From an uncultured Thermotogaceae bacterium (lineage in GTDB: Bacteria > Thermotogota > Thermotogae > MWEM01), in NCBI GenBank assembly GCA_964629135.1, contig CAZVPY010000001.1, positions 1 through 36,010 on the forward strand: 36,010 bases of DNA. Reading direction: 5' to 3'. Shown one piece after another: positions 32,955-36,010 of this stretch. The stretch's first letter is position 1; every line of letters starts with the position of its first letter. Made by a program: the position numbers and the translations under genes. The notes beneath the pieces were generated by a model, which saw only the letters and a list, made by a program, of their open reading frames with translations, had not been told where the DNA came from and did no database searches.

Positions 32955-33938
32955 ATGAAAATCACTGTACTTGGATTTGGAAGTTGGGGCACCTCTATAT
33001 CTAAACTCTTGGCACAAAAAGGGTACGAACTCATCGTATGGACCAAGGATGAACGGGTAATTGAAAGTATGCGTTGGTCTGAAAACCCTTATTATTTTCC
33101 AAATGTAAAACTTCCTAAAAATATATATGTAACAAATAATTTGAAAAAAGCCGTATCATCAGCCGAGTTCATTGTGATTGCCGTACCTACGCAGGTCATA
33201 AGAAAGGTGTTAAAAGAAATAGATCTATCCGGAAAAACCATTATCAACTTGTCAAAAGGAATCGAAATCGAAACGGGTAAATTCATTCATCAAATATTCC
33301 AAGATTTTTTTGGAAATGAGATAAACTACTGTTCCCTTTCCGGTCCCACTCACGCTGAAGAAGTAATGCGTGAAATACCTACCAACATTGTTGCAGCAAG
33401 TAAAGACGATATTACACAAAAAACCGTACAGAATATTTTCAATACCAATTATTTCAGAGTCTATACCAATCAGGACATCTTGGGTGTTGAGCTTTCAGCT
33501 GCACTTAAAAACATCTATGCCATCGCAGCAGGCATTATTGATGGTTTAGGCCCATGGGATAATACCAAAGCGGCATTGATTACAAGGGCTTTAATGGAAA
33601 TGAGACGATTTGGAGAGGAAATCGGAGCAAAAAGAGAAACTTTTATGGGGCTTTCCGGCATAGGAGATATGATCGTAACTTGTACAAGTCAACACAGTAG
33701 AAACAGATTTGTAGGCGAAGAAATTGGTAGGGGAAAGAAGGTAAAAGAAATCTTGGGGAACATGCATATGATAGCTGAAGGGGTCTATACAGTCAAAGCT
33801 TTAATGCAATTTATAAATGGAAAACAAACTGAAATGCCAATTGCGGAAAAGATCTATCATGTGATTTACGAGAATCATGACCCCTTAAAATGTATCGAAG
33901 AACTAATGGAGAGGGAACTTAAACCAGAATTCTGGTAA
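32955..33938 (+). CDS. gpsA: NAD(P)H-dependent glycerol-3-phosphate dehydrogenase
   Basis: 'KITVLGFGSWGTS', 'GPTHAEEV' and 'ALKNIYAIAAGI' are present. AAGGAGGA RBS lies upstream. Confidence 0.9.
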   Translation: MKITVLGFGSWGTSISKLLAQKGYELIVWTKDERVIESMRWSENPYYFPNVKLPKNIYVTNNLKKAVSSAEFIVIAVPTQVIRKVLKEIDLSGKTIINLSKGIEIETGKFIHQIFQDFFGNEINYCSLSGPTHAEEVMREIPTNIVAASKDDITQKTVQNIFNTNYFRVYTNQDILGVELSAALKNIYAIAAGIIDGLGPWDNTKAALITRALMEMRRFGEEIGAKRETFMGLSGIGDMIVTCTSQHSRNRFVGEEIGRGKKVKEILGNMHMIAEGVYTVKALMQFINGKQTEMPIAEKIYHVIYENHDPLKCIEELMERELKPEFW

Positions 33939-33968
33939 AATGAGCAGAAATAGACGTAAAAAAAATTG

Positions 33969-34709
33969 TTAGTTCTTTCTTAGCTGATCTAATGTTATCT
34001 GCATCCTTTGATGTATTGCTGACTCATACAGTTCATAAGTCTCAAATTCCTCAGGGTGAATCGGATTCAGAATGATGGCATGTACCTTAGCCGGCCGAAC
34101 AATCCAACTTTTTCTGGGCATGGCCTTACCCGTTCCGTCCACAACCACCGGAATAAGTTGTTTTTTGCTTTTATACGCAATTTTTAGACTTCCAGGAGCA
34201 AAAGGAGCAATTAATCCATCTGTTGTTCTCGTTCCCTCGGGAAAGATACCAATGCATTCTCCTTTTTTCATATACTCCAAAATTTTTCTTAATGCTTTAA
34301 CAGCGTTTTTCGGATCCTCTCGATCGATAGTGATACAAAACAACTGCATAGCCTCTTTGAAAAATGGTGCACTATTCAATTCCTCTTTTGCCAATAAAAA
34401 TATATGTTCTGAAATATAACCCAAAACCAACATGGGATCGAGATAACTCTGATGATTCATACAGATGATGTAATTCTCCTCATGTGGTACCTTTTCAAGG
34501 TTTTCTATCTTAGGATGAATACCACACCAGGTGAATAATTTCCTGGAAAAGGAAGGAGACCTCTTTCGTATATAACTTTGAGCAGCTTCTTTACCATCTT
34601 TTTCTTTAATTTTAAGTGCTTTTTTCAATTGAATGTAACCGTATAAAAGGAGTATCACAGCTGCCACAAAATAATAAATAGTATAGAAAAAAAAGGCAAT
34701 TCTTTTCAT
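33969..34709 (-). CDS. plsC: 1-acyl-sn-glycerol-3-phosphate acyltransferase
   Basis: HX4D motif 'NHQSYLDP', 'IFPEGTRT' and an N-terminal TM helix. GAGGAG RBS lies upstream. Confidence 0.85.
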   Translation of the reverse strand: MKRIAFFFYTIYYFVAAVILLLYGYIQLKKALKIKEKDGKEAAQSYIRKRSPSFSRKLFTWCGIHPKIENLEKVPHEENYIICMNHQSYLDPMLVLGYISEHIFLLAKEELNSAPFFKEAMQLFCITIDREDPKNAVKALRKILEYMKKGECIGIFPEGTRTTDGLIAPFAPGSLKIAYKSKKQLIPVVVDGTGKAMPRKSWIVRPAKVHAIILNPIHPEEFETYELYESAIHQRMQITLDQLRKN

Positions 34710-34744
34710 TTTTCTATCTTCTCCTCTAAGTGGGTTTTAAGCAA

Positions 34745-34778
34745 AATAACAGAAAAGGGGCAACGAAATCATTGCCCC
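34745..34778 (-). terminator. Rho-independent terminator after argF
   Basis: The minus strand reads GGGGCAA-(8 nt loop)-TTGCCCC, followed by TTTTCTGTTATT. It lies 22 nt downstream of the argF stop. Confidence 0.75.
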
Positions 34779-34799
34779 CAATTTTCCACGTAAAAAGTT

Positions 34800-35741
34800 C
34801 TACGGTGTTACTAATGCTAAGATTGCTTTGATTGAATGCATTCTATTTGCTGCCTCATCGAAGATAACACTTCTGGGGCTATGAGCAACTTCATGCGTAC
34901 ATTCTTCACCATAGTGAGCAGGCAGACAGTGCATAAAAATAGCCGTTGGTTTTGCTTTGTTAAACTTCTCTATATCAACCTGATAAGCCATGAATTTCTT
35001 TTTCTTTTCTTCTGCTTCTGCTTCCTGTCCCATACTTGCCCATACATCGGTATAGACTATATCGGCATCAATGATTCCTTCATTGACATCATTTGTAACC
35101 TTTATTTCAGATCCTGTATCATATCTCTTGACGATTTGTTTGGCATCCTTGATGACATCTTCAGTCGGTTCAAATCCCGGAGCGGTGATAGCAGTTATAT
35201 GTGTCCCCATAAGTGCTGCAGAGAATATTGTTGAATTGCATACGTTGTTTCCATCACCGATATAAGCAATTTTTAACCCTTCAAAGCATCTAAATTTTTC
35301 ATAAATCGTCAAAAAATCTCCCAAAGCCTGTGTTGGATGTTCGTAATCGCAAAGACCGTTTATTACCGGCACAGTTGCATATTCTGCAAGTTCCTTAACG
35401 GTTTTGTTTTCAAATACACGAGCCATAATCACATCCACCATTCCTGAAAGAACTTTAGCGATATCTTCCGTAGTTTCTCTCTGGCCTAATTTGATGTCGT
35501 CTGGCCCCAAATAAATCCCATGGCCACCCAAATGGGTCATAGATGACTCAAAGGATACCCTTGTCCTGAGTGACGGTTTCTGAAAAATCTCAGCAAGCGT
35601 TTTGTTCTTTAAAATTTCCGGTCTTTGGCCCATATTCAAGCCTGTTTTCAATGAAATAGCCGTTTCAATAAACTGGAAGAATTCCTCCGGTGTTAAATCT
35701 TTGATACTAATCAGGTCTCTTCCCTTAAGGTTTACTGACAT
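34800..35741 (-). CDS. argF: Ornithine carbamoyltransferase
   Basis: 'SLRTRVSFE' (carbamoyl-phosphate site), 'HPTQALGD', 'DVWASMGQE' and 'HCLPA' are present. GGAGGTG RBS lies upstream. Anabolic versus catabolic role (argF or arcB) cannot be decided from sequence. Confidence 0.9.
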   Translation of the reverse strand: MSVNLKGRDLISIKDLTPEEFFQFIETAISLKTGLNMGQRPEILKNKTLAEIFQKPSLRTRVSFESSMTHLGGHGIYLGPDDIKLGQRETTEDIAKVLSGMVDVIMARVFENKTVKELAEYATVPVINGLCDYEHPTQALGDFLTIYEKFRCFEGLKIAYIGDGNNVCNSTIFSAALMGTHITAITAPGFEPTEDVIKDAKQIVKRYDTGSEIKVTNDVNEGIIDADIVYTDVWASMGQEAEAEEKKKKFMAYQVDIEKFNKAKPTAIFMHCLPAHYGEECTHEVAHSPRSVIFDEAANRMHSIKAILALVTP

Positions 35742-35766
35742 ACCACACCTCCGTAGTTAAATTAAA

Positions 35767-36010
35767 TTATTTGGTTCTCTCTAAGGCAACCGAGGCAGCT
35801 CCGAGGATAGCCCCTTTTTCCTTTAATTCGCTGATGATTATATCATAAGAATGGGATAAAGATGGATAGGTATGCTCATGAGCAACTTGTTTGACCTCTT
35901 CAAGAAAAATATCGCTGGCTCTTGATATACCTCCGGATAGGATAATCAAATCGGGATTAAATATATTAACCATAGAACCAATTCCTATTCCAAGACCCCA
36001 GTTAAATTTT
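35767..36010 (-). CDS. ROK family protein, C-terminal part (partial, runs off the window)
   Basis: The reading frame stays open upstream of the listed Met to the window edge ('..NWGLGIGIGSMVNIFNPDLIILSGGIS...GAILGAASVAL'), which is typical of a ROK sugar kinase or regulator C-terminus. Confidence 0.7.
   Translation of the reverse strand, partial: KFNWGLGIGIGSMVNIFNPDLIILSGGISRASDIFLEEVKQVAHEHTYPSLSHSYDIIISELKEKGAILGAASVALERTK

Noticed and set aside
33939-33968. Terminator between convergent gpsA and plsC
   Set aside because: The 30-nt gap holds only an A-run and no stem-loop I could find.
34072-35265. + strand ORFs 34072-34419, 34836-35234 and 35071-35265
   Set aside because: They are antisense to plsC and argF, whose family motifs are unambiguous. 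They are shadow ORFs.
1-36010. Mobile elements, prophage remnants, tRNA or rRNA genes
   Set aside because: There are no transposase, integrase or recombinase ORFs and no terminal inverted repeats. Every intergenic region is 137 nt or shorter, and none resembles a tRNA cloverleaf.

Overview
AT-rich bacterial chromosomal segment with about 33 tightly packed protein genes, mostly on the + strand, many joined by 4-nt start/stop overlaps. I saw no rRNA, tRNA, CRISPR array, transposase or integrase. The gene content and the split MetH suggest a Thermotogota- or Firmicutes-like organism, but I cannot assign a taxon from reading alone.

Recognisable housekeeping blocks:
- A small YjfB-type motility gene with a sigma-28-like promoter.
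- Methionine and one-carbon genes: a stand-alone MetH activation domain, then metF and metH.
- A yaaR-holB-PSP1(ricT)-methyltransferase replication-associated block.
- xseA-xseB-dxs.
- A Cof-type HAD hydrolase, rsuA, a tyrA-like gene, gpsA, plsC, argF and a partial ROK gene.

The most unusual region is 24.8-32.1 kb. It is a compact four-gene cassette: a divergent sigma-70/ECF-like protein, a soluble HX3CX2C zinc-anti-sigma-like protein, a 986-aa TPR+CHAT caspase-fold protease with an intact His/Cys dyad, and a PD-(D/E)XK nuclease fused to an XPD/DinG-type Fe-S helicase whose start overlaps the CHAT stop. The layout recalls the RpoE/Csx30/TPR-CHAT signalling arm of type III-E CRISPR loci, but there is no Cas7-11 and no array. 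I propose it as a candidate CRISPR-independent protease-to-sigma signalling or defence module. This is an inference that needs testing.

Other points of interest:
- Two paralogous tail-anchored proteins of unknown function. One sits inside an overlapping operon of two radical SAM genes and an acetate-channel gene; the other leads the met operon.
- A radical SAM enzyme with a non-canonical CX5CX2C motif.
- A membrane sensor with a degenerate GGDEF domain.
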